A DNA stretch of 45,184 nucleotides from Alistipes onderdonkii (GTDB taxonomy: Bacteria; Verrucomicrobiota; Kiritimatiellia; RFP12; UBA1067): assembly GCA_963630185.1 (NCBI GenBank), contig CAVGMG010000001.1, forward strand, positions 1 to 45,184, written 5' to 3'. The notes below the pieces were generated by a model. That model was not told the origin of the DNA. It was given only the letters and a program-made list of their open reading frames with translations, and ran no database searches. Shown here piece by piece: positions 1-9,818 of this stretch (positions are counted from its first letter, which is position 1; each line of letters opens with the position of its first letter). A program made the translations under genes and the position numbers.

Positions 1-55
1 GCAGCTCGGCCCGTATTCCGCCGCCGCGCTCCTCGACTGCAGCCCTGTCACGAAC
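1..55. repeat. Terminal overlap: bases 1-55 are repeated exactly at 45130-45184, so the contig closes into a circle (unique length 45129 bp)
   Basis: Read directly: both ends read gcagctcggcccgtattccgccgccgcgctcctcgactgcagccctgtcacgaac. The terminase reading frame is continuous across the join. Confidence 0.9.
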
Positions 56-718
56 AAGACAGCCGCGTTCCGCGAGGACTGGATCGCCGACGCGGTCTAC
101 TCGAAGGCGCCGCCGCGCGACTCGATGAACGTCTACGTCTTCGTGGACGGCGCGAATTCGAAGCGGAAGGACTCGGACTACACGACCATGTGGGTGGTCG
201 GGCTCGGCTGCGACCAGAACTACTACGTCCTCGACGCGATCCACGACCGCCTCGACCTCGACGAGCGCACGAAGGCGGTCATCCGCCTCCACCGCAAGTG
301 GAAGCCCATCGCGGTCTTCTGGGAGCAGGTCGGCTGCATGAGCGACGTCGCGCACGTCAAATACGTCCAGAACAACGTCGAGAACTACCGCTTCCCGGTC
401 GTCGCCGTCCCGCGCGGCGCGAGGGATTCCAAGCGCATGCGCATCCTCAACCTCCAGGCGCCGTTCTCCCAGCGGCGGATCTGGCTGCCGCAGTTCGGCG
501 AGATCATGCGCCCCGGCTCGGACGGGCGCGTCCACGACGTGATCAAGGACTTCGTCGAAGACGAGTATCTCGTCTGGCCGAACTCCAGGCACGACGACAT
601 GCTCGACCCGCTCGCGGACATCCTCGACGAGGCCGTCGCGAGCAAGCTCGCTTGGCCGGACGCGCGGGAGCGCGACGAGACGTTCGAGGATGATGCCGAC
701 GACATCTTCTCGCGGTGA
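2..718 (+). CDS. terL: Terminase large subunit, C-terminal (nuclease) part; continuation of 44333-45184 across the circular junction
   Basis: Frame is open from base 2 to TGA 716-718 and is in phase with the ORF that runs off the window at 45184. VFVDGANSKRKDSDYTTMWVV...HDDMLDPLADIL looks like the RNaseH-like nuclease half of large terminases. Track ORF 125-718 is only its internal-Met portion. Confidence 0.85.
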   Translation, partial: QLGPYSAAALLDCSPVTNKTAAFREDWIADAVYSKAPPRDSMNVYVFVDGANSKRKDSDYTTMWVVGLGCDQNYYVLDAIHDRLDLDERTKAVIRLHRKWKPIAVFWEQVGCMSDVAHVKYVQNNVENYRFPVVAVPRGARDSKRMRILNLQAPFSQRRIWLPQFGEIMRPGSDGRVHDVIKDFVEDEYLVWPNSRHDDMLDPLADILDEAVASKLAWPDARERDETFEDDADDIFSR

Positions 719-977
719 AAACGCCTTCGAGGCGCATTTCGCGAAAACCTGTCAAGCAAAAATTTCAGAAATTTTTCCGAAAGGCCGTCTCGCCCCCGTC
801 CTGTCGGCGCGAAGTCGCGTTTTTCGCCTTTTCGCGGCGAAATCCCGACTGTAATGTCGCGATTCGGTATGCCCAGGGCTTTTTCAGACCATGGTGTATA
901 CTATGCGGCGACGGCACGAGGCGCACGCCAGAACGGGCGGCGCGAGAGGCCGGGCGACGAAACGAAAGGAGAGCGTC

Positions 978-1250
978 ATGGGATCCAGAGGCGGCGGAGG
1001 CGGCGCGAGCTACGCGACGATGCCGGTCTACACATACGCGGGGACCGGGAGCGACGGCACGTCCTCGTCGTCAGGCTCGGTGACGAGCGCGGTCGCGAAG
1101 TCGATCTCGACGGGCGCCGAGGCGCAAGTCCAGGCCCAGACCCAGGCGCGTCAGCGGTCGAGCGGCATCATCTCGACGTTCAAGCGCCTGATGTCGTCGC
1201 AAAAGGACGCGTCGTCGGCGACGGCGGCGAAGAGCAAGCTCGGTCAGTAG
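978..1250 (+). CDS. Small Ser/Gly/Ala-rich hypothetical protein (90 aa)
   Basis: ATG 978 preceded by gaaaggagag RBS. Lies in the frame of track ORF 891-1250, whose first 29 codons look like Arg-rich off-frame sequence. Confidence 0.45.
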   Translation: MGSRGGGGGASYATMPVYTYAGTGSDGTSSSSGSVTSAVAKSISTGAEAQVQAQTQARQRSSGIISTFKRLMSSQKDASSATAAKSKLGQ

Positions 1251-1266
1251 TCGCGGCGGGAGCGTC

Positions 1267-3033
1267 ATGGCGGTCGACTACCAGAAGATCCGAAAGCACG
1301 CCTACCGGCGGTGCAGCGACATGTTCGCCGCCTTCGAGCGCCGCAAGAGGATCTTGCTCGAAACGGCGCGCGAGTTCAAGCCGCTCGCCGTCCCGGGCCT
1401 TGAGCTTGGCGTCGAGCAGATCGCGGACGGCTGGCGCTTCGACGACGACCACCGGATGCTCACGACGATTCCCGTGCAGATCCTCCGCAAGTCGGCCAGC
1501 GGCTTTCTCGCGAACCTCACGAGCCCGGCGCGTCCGTGGTTCGACCTCCTCCCCTCGACGGGCGCAAAGGTCGAGCACGCCGTCAAGATCGCCCTGAACA
1601 AGCTCAAGGAGGCGACCGAGAAGACGTTCCAGCGCACCAACGCCTACGCGCAATGCTACAAGCTCTTCGAGGACGTCATGTGGGCCGGCTTCGGCTGCAT
1701 GATCGTCTCCGAGGACGCGCGCGACATCTGCGCGTTCCAGACGCTGCGCATCGGCACCTACGCGCTCGACATCGGCAAGAACGGGCTCGTCGACCGCGTG
1801 GCGCGGCGATTCGCCTGGACGCCGGAGCAGATCCTGGAGACGTTCGGGCCCGACTGGACGCCCGAATACGTCAAGGACCTCGTCAAGAAGGGCTCGTCCA
1901 AGCGCCTGGAGGTCTGGAACCTCATCGAGCCGAACCCGCAGGGCTTCAACCGCCGCTTCGACCCTATCGAGGGCGACGGCGGCGAGGTCGTCGACAAGGA
2001 GAACGAATACCGCAGCTTCTACTTCATGAAGGGCGCGGGCCCCGTCGACCGCCGCCATGGCGAGAGGTGCGGGACCTTGCGCATCGCCGGCTACACGCAC
2101 AACCCGATCATCGCGCCGCGCCTCGACTACGAGCAGGGCGACGTCTACGGCCTCGGACGCGGCGTCGACGGCGTCTACAACGCGCGCGGCGTCCAGACCT
2201 TCAAGGCCGACGAGCTGAGAATCGACGGCGTCCGCGCCCAGCAGCCGGTCGTCGCGACGAGCGACTTCAAGAACAGGATCCAGCTCGGCCGCAAGGGCGT
2301 GAACATCGTCAAGCAGGGCGAGCAGGTGAACAACCGCGTCGTGCCGATCTTCGCGACGCTGCCGGACGCCTCCGACACGCGCCAGTGCATGCTCGAATCG
2401 AAGGACGAGCTCGAACAGCTCTTCTACGTGGACGCCTTCGCCGTCATCGACTCGCAGAAGAACAACCCCGGCGTCAAGACGGCGACCGAGATCGAATACC
2501 TGAAGACCGAGAACCTCGCCAAGCTCGGCGCGATCACGATCAACCTCAACATCGAGATGCTCGACCCGCTCGTCAGGACCGTCTGCAAATACACGTTCGA
2601 CCGCGACCGCGCGACGCTGACCGACGAGCACCGCCAGATCCTCGCCGAGAGCGGCATCCTCAACGGCATCGAGGTCGAATACGTCTCGCAGATCGCGCTC
2701 GCGCAGAAGGCCGGCGCGCTCACGTCCGTCCAGCAATACATCGCCTTCGCGGGCACGCTCGCCGCGATGAAGCAGGACCCGCTCGACAACCCGGCGGACA
2801 ACGTCGACGCCGACGCGGCCCTGAAGCTCGTCGGACAGATGCTCAACGTCCCCGAGACCGTCAACAGGGACGAGCGGGAGGTCGAGAGGATGCGCGAGGC
2901 CGCGAAGGCCGCCGCCGCGCGGCAGCAGCAGATGTCGGAGACCGGCGTCGTCGCGGACGCGGCGAAGCAGATCGGGGAGATCCCGCTCGACGCGGCGCAC
3001 GTCGGCGGCGCGATCGCGGAGGGCCTCAAATGA
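1267..3033 (+). CDS. Portal (head-to-tail connector) protein
   Basis: 588 aa, first large gene after terL and followed by scaffold and capsid. Size and position are typical of podovirus portals. High GC3 in this frame. Confidence 0.75.
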   Translation: MAVDYQKIRKHAYRRCSDMFAAFERRKRILLETAREFKPLAVPGLELGVEQIADGWRFDDDHRMLTTIPVQILRKSASGFLANLTSPARPWFDLLPSTGAKVEHAVKIALNKLKEATEKTFQRTNAYAQCYKLFEDVMWAGFGCMIVSEDARDICAFQTLRIGTYALDIGKNGLVDRVARRFAWTPEQILETFGPDWTPEYVKDLVKKGSSKRLEVWNLIEPNPQGFNRRFDPIEGDGGEVVDKENEYRSFYFMKGAGPVDRRHGERCGTLRIAGYTHNPIIAPRLDYEQGDVYGLGRGVDGVYNARGVQTFKADELRIDGVRAQQPVVATSDFKNRIQLGRKGVNIVKQGEQVNNRVVPIFATLPDASDTRQCMLESKDELEQLFYVDAFAVIDSQKNNPGVKTATEIEYLKTENLAKLGAITINLNIEMLDPLVRTVCKYTFDRDRATLTDEHRQILAESGILNGIEVEYVSQIALAQKAGALTSVQQYIAFAGTLAAMKQDPLDNPADNVDADAALKLVGQMLNVPETVNRDEREVERMREAAKAAAARQQQMSETGVVADAAKQIGEIPLDAAHVGGAIAEGLK

Positions 3034-3407
3034 CGAAGACCGCCAAGGAGAGGACGTTCGACGCGCTCTTCGAGCGCCGCAGCGAGGACCCGAAGGTCAC
3101 GCGCGAGCAGGCCGTCGAGCTCGAAAGGCGCCGCGACTGGTTCGACCGGCTTCTCGCCAACAGGGACTTCGTCGACTTCCTCGCGGAGATCGAGCTCCGC
3201 TTCGGCGGGCTGAACTACGGGACGGAGGAGGTTGACGCCTTCACGCAGGGCAAGCTCGGCATGCTCGGCGACATCAAGTCGATGCTCCTCGTCTCGGAGC
3301 GCGCGCCGAAGGTGTTCGCGGAGATCACGCGCCGGTTCTACCAGGACCAGACCGACGGCTGGCAGGAGATTCTGCTTCAAAACAAGAAGGAGACCACAGA
3401 TGAATGA
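3030..3407 (+). CDS. Hypothetical protein (125 aa) between portal and scaffold
   Basis: ATG 3030 overlaps the portal stop (ATGA). The real-looking sequence MTKTAKERTFDALFERRSED... is the tail of the off-frame track ORF 1536-3407. Confidence 0.55.
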   Translation: MTKTAKERTFDALFERRSEDPKVTREQAVELERRRDWFDRLLANRDFVDFLAEIELRFGGLNYGTEEVDAFTQGKLGMLGDIKSMLLVSERAPKVFAEITRRFYQDQTDGWQEILLQNKKETTDE

Positions 3408-4242
3408 ACTCATGACTTTCGGCGGACGCCTGAAAATGGCAGAAGCCGGCGGCGAGGGCGGCGGCGGAGACCCGAAGCCCGGAGAGGGCGGCGGCGGAGA
3501 CCCGAAGCCCGGCGAGGGCGGCGGCGAGACGCCGAAGGGCGGCGAAGAGCCGACGAGCGGCGAAACGACGAAGCCCGGCGAACAGAAGCCCGGCGAAACG
3601 ACGACGCCCGGCGAGGGCGGCGTCGACCAAAAGCCCGGCGAAGAGCCGACGAGCGCGGTCGCCAAGATGCTCAAAGGCGAGACGAAGCCCAAGGACGGCG
3701 AGAAGCCCGGCGAAGAGCCGAAGGGCGGCGAACAGAAGCCCGGCGAAGAGCCGAAGCCGTTCACCGACGAGGACTTCACGAAGGCGATGGTCGCGTCCGA
3801 GGCCGTCAAGAAGGCGGCCGGCGACGAGACGATCCAGCTCTCGCCCGAGCTCGTCAAGGGGATGCTCCCGGCGATCCGCAAGGCGAACCTCTCGCCCGAA
3901 CAGGCGAACGAGCTCGCCAACGCGCTCGCGGCGCAGCAGATCGCGGCGGCCAAGGCGCACGGCGAGCGTCGCCAGGCGGACATCGCCCAGATGAACGACG
4001 AGGCGATGAAACTCTTCCCCGACAGGCAGAGCTGGGAGTCGATCGGCGCGGGCGTCAGGCACTTCTTCAAGCCGGGCGGCGCGATGTTCGAGACGATCGC
4101 CCACTCGGAGCTTGGCAGCGACCCGGAGTTCCTCGCGATGATGAAGTGGGTCGGCGAGCGCGTCGCGAAGGACGGCCTCGGCGGCGCGCCCGGCGCCGGC
4201 GGCGAGAGGCGCGTCAGCTACGAGAAGGCGCTCATGGGATAG
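3400..4242 (+). CDS. Scaffolding protein candidate with repetitive Gly/Pro/Glu/Lys-rich N-terminus
   Basis: ATG 3400 (MNELMTFGG...) overlaps the upstream stop. Sits immediately before the capsid gene. Helical, charged C-terminal half. Confidence 0.55.
   Translation: MNELMTFGGRLKMAEAGGEGGGGDPKPGEGGGGDPKPGEGGGETPKGGEEPTSGETTKPGEQKPGETTTPGEGGVDQKPGEEPTSAVAKMLKGETKPKDGEKPGEEPKGGEQKPGEEPKPFTDEDFTKAMVASEAVKKAAGDETIQLSPELVKGMLPAIRKANLSPEQANELANALAAQQIAAAKAHGERRQADIAQMNDEAMKLFPDRQSWESIGAGVRHFFKPGGAMFETIAHSELGSDPEFLAMMKWVGERVAKDGLGGAPGAGGERRVSYEKALMG
3454..3513 (+). repeat. 30-nt tandem duplication (29/30 identical) encoding GEGGGGDPKP twice, plus degenerate PGE/K copies downstream to about 3760
   Basis: gagggcggcggcggagacccgaagcccgg(a/c) read twice back to back. 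Confidence 0.8.
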
Positions 4243-4300
4243 GATTTCCGGCTCGCATGTCGCAGGTCGGGACAACAACAGACAATGAAAGGTCACAAAA

Positions 4301-5365
4301 ATGGCTCATGAAATCAACCCTGGCGAAGGGATTTCTTTGAACGACCTGCGCGAGACGTTCGAAGACAAGTCCTCGATCCAGCGAATCGTGGTCGACGAGA
4401 TCCACAATCACGACGACCTCATCTCGGACGTGAAGTTCTATCCGTCCACCAAGACCGACCGCGACGAGGCGGAATACGAGACCGGCAAGCCCAAGGCGCG
4501 CCACCACATGATGGGCGAGGGGCGCGTCGCGTCGGGCCGCTCCAGCCAGGTCAAGTCCACGACGCCCTGCGAGAGCTACGCGATGCTCCGCATCCTCGAG
4601 GACCGCTTCCTCCGGCACAAGAAGGCCGGCACGGCCGAGGAGTTCCTGCGCAAGGAGGTCCGCAGCCAGGTCGCCTCGCTCGGCGAGCTCATGGTGATGG
4701 ACATGCTCTACGGCAGCCGCAAGGTCGACGTCAAGGGCATGAACGGCCTCGCGACGTTCTACTCGAAGATCGGCTCGACCTACGGCGCGGAGCTGGACTA
4801 CACGACCCGCACGATGGACGGCTTCCCCTCGACGCTCGACAAGAACACGGCGGCGAACGTCGCGAACCTCCGCGACGTCTTCGCGGTCACGTTCTCGGCC
4901 GAGGGCGTCAAGCCCTTCTACCCGAAGGACGTCGCGAACATCGGCCTCGACTTCGGCGAGAAGATGGAGCGCGTCCCGGAGAAGGACCCGAAGAACGGCG
5001 GCACGGTGTGGTACCTGGAGCGCGTCTTCACGTGGAACGGCGGCCTCAACGTCGTCAACCCGACGAAGGCCGGGCGCATCTGCAACTTCCCGATCGACAA
5101 GATCGCGACGGCGAGCGGCTACGCGAACGAGCTCCTCCAGAAGCTCATCCGCTTCACCGACCTCGTCAAGGCCGGCCCCGGCGAGAAGACGCTCCTCTAC
5201 ATGGACCCGATGCTCTGGACGGAGATCAAGATCCTGCTCGCCTCGCTCAAGTGGTCCAACGCCTTCAAGGACGAGGACATCGACACGACCCACAAGCGCA
5301 TGCTCTTCGGCAAGGAAGTCCGGCTCAACGAGAGCCAGGCGTTCGCGCAGAAGCTTGTCGCCTAA
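4301..5365 (+). CDS. Major capsid protein candidate
   Basis: 354 aa, directly downstream of the scaffold candidate. Size and position fit an HK97-fold capsid protein. No motif-level proof. Confidence 0.65.
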   Translation: MAHEINPGEGISLNDLRETFEDKSSIQRIVVDEIHNHDDLISDVKFYPSTKTDRDEAEYETGKPKARHHMMGEGRVASGRSSQVKSTTPCESYAMLRILEDRFLRHKKAGTAEEFLRKEVRSQVASLGELMVMDMLYGSRKVDVKGMNGLATFYSKIGSTYGAELDYTTRTMDGFPSTLDKNTAANVANLRDVFAVTFSAEGVKPFYPKDVANIGLDFGEKMERVPEKDPKNGGTVWYLERVFTWNGGLNVVNPTKAGRICNFPIDKIATASGYANELLQKLIRFTDLVKAGPGEKTLLYMDPMLWTEIKILLASLKWSNAFKDEDIDTTHKRMLFGKEVRLNESQAFAQKLVA

Positions 5366-5386
5366 ACCAGGAAAGGAACCAGGAAA

Positions 5387-6028
5387 ATGCACTACACCGC
5401 AGTTGAAGACCTCTTCCTCCGCGAGGAGACCATCGACAACGCCGTCAGCAACCTCAAGGGCGAGCGGACGGCCGCCGAGGTCGCCGCGCTCCCCGCGTCG
5501 TCCTGCACGACGGGCGACGTCTACAAGCTCACGACGGCCGGCTCGATCGGCGGCACGTCCTACGCCGGCAAGGGCGCGTTTGTCAAGGCGACCGTCTCCG
5601 GCGGCTCCGTGACGTGGGCCGTCGCCTCGGCGTCCGACGTCAAGGGCTACGTCGAGTCGGGCGTCCGCGACTGGAAGCGCTGGGGGCGCGACCACTCGAA
5701 GGACCTCGGCATCGCCGCGTGGGCCGAGAACGGCGCGTCGCTCGCGGCGGGCGCGGCGACCGTGACGCTGGAGACGTCCGCCGACCAGGAGGACTGGACG
5801 GAGATCGCCTCGGCGGCCGGTTCGGCGACCGGCATCGACTCGAACGGGCGCCTCGCGTTCTTCCTGCTGCCGCGCAGCGGGATCAAGCAGTTCGTCCGCG
5901 TCAAGGTCAAGGTCACGGCGCAGTTCACGGACGGGACTGCCGCGCTCGCGCCGGTGCTCTCCGTCGGCCTCGAGAACGACGGAGAGCAGGACATCGACCC
6001 GTCGATGGTCCAGCCGAAGGTCGGATAG
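5387..6028 (+). CDS. Hypothetical protein (213 aa), capsid-adjacent (decoration or minor head protein possible)
   Basis: ATG 5387 with aggaaa-type RBS and good GC3. Function unknown. Confidence 0.55.
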   Translation: MHYTAVEDLFLREETIDNAVSNLKGERTAAEVAALPASSCTTGDVYKLTTAGSIGGTSYAGKGAFVKATVSGGSVTWAVASASDVKGYVESGVRDWKRWGRDHSKDLGIAAWAENGASLAAGAATVTLETSADQEDWTEIASAAGSATGIDSNGRLAFFLLPRSGIKQFVRVKVKVTAQFTDGTAALAPVLSVGLENDGEQDIDPSMVQPKVG

Positions 6029-6034
6029 CCGCTT

Positions 6035-6117
6035 TCCTCCGCCTCCGGGCCCTTGGGACGCTCTTGGCCAGTCACGAGCTCCTTCAGGTCCCGCGATCCT
6101 CGCCCGGAGGCGGAGGA
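6035..6117 (+). other. Long RNA stem-loop: perfect 16-bp GC-rich stem (6035-6050 pairs with 6102-6117), 51-nt loop with an inner gggac/gtccc pairing
   Basis: tcctccgcctccgggc is the exact reverse complement of gcccggaggcggagga. It starts 7 nt after the stop at 6028 and has no U-tract. Confidence 0.45.
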
Positions 6118-6141
6118 GCTTGACGAGGAGACCATGTCATC

Positions 6142-6633
6142 ATGAAGGCAATCTGCATCAGCGCGTGCGAAGTCGACGGACTCGGCATCGTCATGCCGGG
6201 CGAGGAGGTCGAGCTCGCGGACGGCTACGCCCGCGACGAGCGCATCAACCTCCACTTCGTCGTCGACCGCACGAGCGTGAAGGACCCGGACGCGAAAGTC
6301 CCGGACTTCGACGCGGACAAGGACGCCTGCCGCGAGAGGTTCAAGAAGTCGCTCTACAACGAGACGGACTGGTGGAGGGCCGTGAACAAGCTCGTCGACG
6401 ACGGCGCGACGATCCCCGGCGAAGTCTCCGACCGGCGCGACGCCTCGCTGACGGACGAGGAGCGCGTCGAGCGCCTCGCGACGATCTGGACGGACAGCTA
6501 CGGCTGGACGTTCCCGACCGATCCGCAGACGGACGCCACCGTTTCCGCCGCGCCCGAAGAGCCGCCGCCGCGAGCCGAGCGCCGCAAAGGCGCGAAAGCC
6601 GAGCGCGAGACGCTTTTCGACAGCGGGAAGTAA
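6142..6633 (+). CDS. Hypothetical protein (163 aa)
   Basis: ORF with ATG 6142, gaggag RBS and high GC3. Confidence 0.55.
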   Translation: MKAICISACEVDGLGIVMPGEEVELADGYARDERINLHFVVDRTSVKDPDAKVPDFDADKDACRERFKKSLYNETDWWRAVNKLVDDGATIPGEVSDRRDASLTDEERVERLATIWTDSYGWTFPTDPQTDATVSAAPEEPPPRAERRKGAKAERETLFDSGK

Positions 6634-6653
6634 TCGAGAGAGGGAAGGGGAAG

Positions 6654-7574
6654 ATGGCAAAGGAAGTCACGTTTGAAATCGACGCCGCGTCCGGGACGGT
6701 CGTCCAGGACGGCGCGCTCTTCGTCGGCGGGCAGTCGGACGTCGTCTTCACGGGCTATTCCGGCACGTCGCCGGTCCTGATCCTCTTCCAGCGGCGTCCG
6801 GGGAACGTCCTCGCGCCGATCCAGATCACGAAGACGCCGCCGGGCGCGGCAAAGCCGCAGCTCGACCTCGACAACGTCGCGGCGCGGGCGTGCTTCGCGT
6901 GGAGCGGCCGCGAGAGGCCGCAGGCGAAAGTCGTCCTGGAGGCCTACGTCGTCGACGGAACGGGCGTCGCCGTCCAGACGGTCGAGAACATCTCGAAGCT
7001 CGTCGTCACAGGCTCGAAATGGATTCTCGCGTCAGGACAGGCGCAGGTCGGGTGGTCGCCCGTCAGTTTCGAGGCGGACGGCACCGCCGTCTCGCTCAAG
7101 GGCGACAAGGGCGACGCGGGCGCACAAGGCGAGAAGGGCGAGAAGGGTGACCAAGGCGACAAGGGCGAGAAGGGTGACACGGGCGCACAAGGCCTGAAAG
7201 GCGAGAAAGGCGACAAGGGCGACGTCGGCGCACAAGGCCCGACGGGCCCGAAGGGCGAGAAGGGCGACGCGGGCGCACAAGGCGAGAAGGGCGAGAAGGG
7301 CGAGAAGGGCGACCAAGGCGAGAAGGGCTATCGCGGCGACAAGGGCGACCGTGGCGACCAGGGCCCGAAGGGAAGCACGGGTGACCAGGGGCCGCGCGGG
7401 ATGAGCGCCTACGAGATCGCCTGCCTGCACGGCTACACGGGCACGGAGGCGCAGTGGGTCGCCGAAGAGACGGGCCTCCACTACGCGCTCGACAAGATCC
7501 GCGACGCCCTGACCGGCTCCGGAGAGGCGCTTGACATCATCGTCCAGTCGCTGGACGCCCTTAGGGAGGTCTGA
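6654..7574 (+). CDS. Collagen-like repeat fibre protein
   Basis: ATG 6654 after ggggaag. 33 uninterrupted Gly-X-Y triplets at 7101-7400 ([18 protein letters not shown]...GPRG), followed by a short C-terminal domain. Confidence 0.8.
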   Translation: MAKEVTFEIDAASGTVVQDGALFVGGQSDVVFTGYSGTSPVLILFQRRPGNVLAPIQITKTPPGAAKPQLDLDNVAARACFAWSGRERPQAKVVLEAYVVDGTGVAVQTVENISKLVVTGSKWILASGQAQVGWSPVSFEADGTAVSLKGDKGDAGAQGEKGEKGDQGDKGEKGDTGAQGLKGEKGDKGDVGAQGPTGPKGEKGDAGAQGEKGEKGEKGDQGEKGYRGDKGDRGDQGPKGSTGDQGPRGMSAYEIACLHGYTGTEAQWVAEETGLHYALDKIRDALTGSGEALDIIVQSLDALREV

Positions 7575-7577
7575 GAG

Positions 7578-7685
7578 ATGAGCGCGCTGACGAACAGGGA
7601 GCTTGCCGACGCGATCGCGGAAGCGGTCGCCGGAAACGCGGCGCAAGTCGCCGGAATCATCTACAACGAACTGCAGGAGGTATAG
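7578..7685 (+). CDS. Possible 35-aa ORF (MSALTNRELADAIAEAVAGNAAQVAGIIYNELQEV)
   Basis: ATG 7578 preceded by gggaggt. It exactly fills the gap between the two fibre genes. Too short to judge. Confidence 0.3.
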   Translation: MSALTNRELADAIAEAVAGNAAQVAGIIYNELQEV

Positions 7686-7686
7686 A

Positions 7687-9693
7687 ATGTCGTCGACGAC
7701 GGAAAGAGGGCTCGCGGACATCCGCGCCAAGATCGATCTCATGAAGAGCCAGGTGGCGGACAGCTACGCCGCGCTCGCCGAGCTGAACGTCCTGCCCTCC
7801 GGCTCGGCCAAGCTCGAAAACCTCCCGCAGACCATCGGGACGCTCGCCGCCGGGACGCTCGTCGCGTGCCGCCTCAACGCGACGGGGTCCGACTACCAGC
7901 TGCCCGCCTCCCAGGCGGACAGGGACGCGCTCCTCGCCGGCGCGAAGGTGAAGGTGCGCAACGAGGCCAACGAGGTCGTCGCCGAGGCGGCGGTCCCCGG
8001 GCTCGTCAACTCGACGTTCTTTGTGCAGGTGCCGGGCATCGTCGCCAAGACGCCCGTCAGCGTCGCCGTCGTCTTCGGCAACGACGACTACACGTGCGCG
8101 GCAATCCGCACCTATCTCGTGCCCGACCGCGTGACGAGCTGCTCGTTCGCGTCGAAGTGCTCGACGGGCGAGACGGAGGAGGTCGGCCGCTTCCAGCTCT
8201 TCGACGACGCGACCGGCACGAGCTACCTCATCCGCCGCGTCACGCGGCCGGACGGGACGGTCGCGCTGCACTACGGCGGCTTCTACGTCGACAACACCGG
8301 CACGGCCGTCTGGCAGAACCACTCCGGACTCTACACAACCGTCAAGAGCTGCGCGGACGCCTCCTCGGACGTCGTCGTCTCGACCGTCAACGCCTGCTCG
8401 GACGCGGGCGCGCGGAACATCGAGGACGTCCTCGACGTGCTCAAGGGCATGAAGCCGGTGACGGCGACCTCGACCGACGCCACGGGCGCGACGGTCGTGA
8501 ACAAGCTCATGATGTATCCGAAGTTCTACTGCAAGACCGAGAAGACGACGCTCCCGATCGTCACCTACAACGAGGACGGCTCGGTCGCCAAGACGGAGAC
8601 GAAGGCCGTCGTCGTCAAGTGGGCCGCGAACGCGAAGGTCGACGGCTCGTATCACGCGCACGCCGCGTTCGTCCGCTCCGTCCGCACCGGCGACGGCTAC
8701 GCCGAGACCGAGCTCGACCACTTCTTCTACTCGCGCTATCCGATGAACTGGACGAGCGTCCACCACACGGCGGGCGCGTCCTGCACCGTCGCCCAGTGCA
8801 CGAACGACGGCCTCTGCCCGACGACGGCGGTCTCGCGCAACAGCGCGAACGAATACGCCAGGAACCTGAACAGGCTCGCGTGCACGGTCGTCGACGACGC
8901 CACGGGCGAGACGGTCGCGAGCTTCGCGGCCAACGCCGACGCCCGCGCCTGGGCAGCGGCAAGCTCGCACGACATCGCCTTCTTCCAGTGGATCTGCGTC
9001 CTCATGTACGGCGTCGAGATCCAGACCGTCATCATGGGCAACTGCACGGCCGAAGGCTCGAACCCGCAGACGACGAACGGGCAGACCGACTGGCTCTTCG
9101 AGAAGGGCGTCCGCTTCGGCTCGGCGAACAACGCCTCGAACACGCAGCCCTGCCTCGTCGCCGGCGTCGAGGACGGCATCCACTCGTCGCAGGGGACGTT
9201 CATGAACGACCTCACCTACTTCGCCGAGCGGACGATCGACGACGACGGCACGGAGCACAAGCGCGCCTACATGGCCTACGCCAGGGACCGCCTCGACTGG
9301 ACGCCCGCCGTCTCCGCGCCGGAGACGCTCAAGGCGAACGGCTACCGCGAACTTTCCTTCGACCTCAACTCGAACGCGGACGCCGACGCGACGATCTCGA
9401 ATCCGCGCCGGCGCCTCGGCTACGACGAGGGCGTCGGCGCCCGCGACCTCATGATCATGTGCGCCTCGCAGACCGAGCCGAACTTCCAGGTCGCGGCCAT
9501 CGACAACTTCTGGTTCGGCGCGACGCCCGCCGTCGGCACGGCCGCTTCGTCGGCCTGCCTTGTCGCCCTCGGCCGCCACCGGAACAACGCCCGCTCGCTC
9601 GGGCTGTTCGCCGTCTTCGCCGCCAACGGGCTTGGCAACGCGAACGCGAACTGCTGGCGGCCGCGTCTCTCCTTACAGGTGGTCGGCGTGTGA
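7687..9693 (+). CDS. DGR target: tail-fibre / receptor-binding-like protein (668 aa) with the variable region at its C-terminus
   Basis: ATG 7687. The C-terminal ...CLVALGRHRNNARSLGLFAVFAANGLGNANANCWRPRLSL is the VR counterpart of the Asn-rich TR, a pattern typical of C-type-lectin-fold DGR variable proteins. Confidence 0.8.
   Translation: MSSTTERGLADIRAKIDLMKSQVADSYAALAELNVLPSGSAKLENLPQTIGTLAAGTLVACRLNATGSDYQLPASQADRDALLAGAKVKVRNEANEVVAEAAVPGLVNSTFFVQVPGIVAKTPVSVAVVFGNDDYTCAAIRTYLVPDRVTSCSFASKCSTGETEEVGRFQLFDDATGTSYLIRRVTRPDGTVALHYGGFYVDNTGTAVWQNHSGLYTTVKSCADASSDVVVSTVNACSDAGARNIEDVLDVLKGMKPVTATSTDATGATVVNKLMMYPKFYCKTEKTTLPIVTYNEDGSVAKTETKAVVVKWAANAKVDGSYHAHAAFVRSVRTGDGYAETELDHFFYSRYPMNWTSVHHTAGASCTVAQCTNDGLCPTTAVSRNSANEYARNLNRLACTVVDDATGETVASFAANADARAWAAASSHDIAFFQWICVLMYGVEIQTVIMGNCTAEGSNPQTTNGQTDWLFEKGVRFGSANNASNTQPCLVAGVEDGIHSSQGTFMNDLTYFAERTIDDDGTEHKRAYMAYARDRLDWTPAVSAPETLKANGYRELSFDLNSNADADATISNPRRRLGYDEGVGARDLMIMCASQTEPNFQVAAIDNFWFGATPAVGTAASSACLVALGRHRNNARSLGLFAVFAANGLGNANANCWRPRLSLQVVGV
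9542..9674 (+). repeat. DGR variable repeat (VR)
   Basis: 133 bp colinear with 9819-9951. There are 13 mismatches, and every one lies opposite an adenine of the TR. Confidence 0.85.
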
Positions 9694-9712
9694 GCGACGA
9701 GCGAAACACGCC
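9685..9712 (+). other. Hairpin 11 nt downstream of VR (7-bp stem ggcgtgt/acacgcc, 14-nt loop); candidate DGR target-recognition structure
   Basis: Read directly. DGRs characterised in Bordetella phage use a hairpin or cruciform just 3' of VR. Confidence 0.35.
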
Positions 9713-9818
9713 GCGAAAAAAACAAAAAGGAGCAACGAAAAAACGTCAATTTGGAAGAGTTCCGAAACGGAACGACGCAGGATCAAACGGGGATAAAACT
9801 GGAATATGGCAGAAGAGC

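Noticed and set aside
719-977. Searched the terL-downstream gap for a promoter, terminator or cos/pac structure
   Set aside because: Only weak 5-7-bp hairpins (for example 822-842) and no convincing -35/-10 pair. Nothing is supportable from sequence alone.
5363-5389. Capsid stop codon read-through: the next ORF (5387) is in the same frame as the capsid gene, separated by TAA plus 7 codons
   Set aside because: Being in frame has a 1-in-3 chance expectation, and the downstream gene has its own RBS and ATG. There is no slippery or read-through context that I can recognise. It is worth only a proteomics glance.
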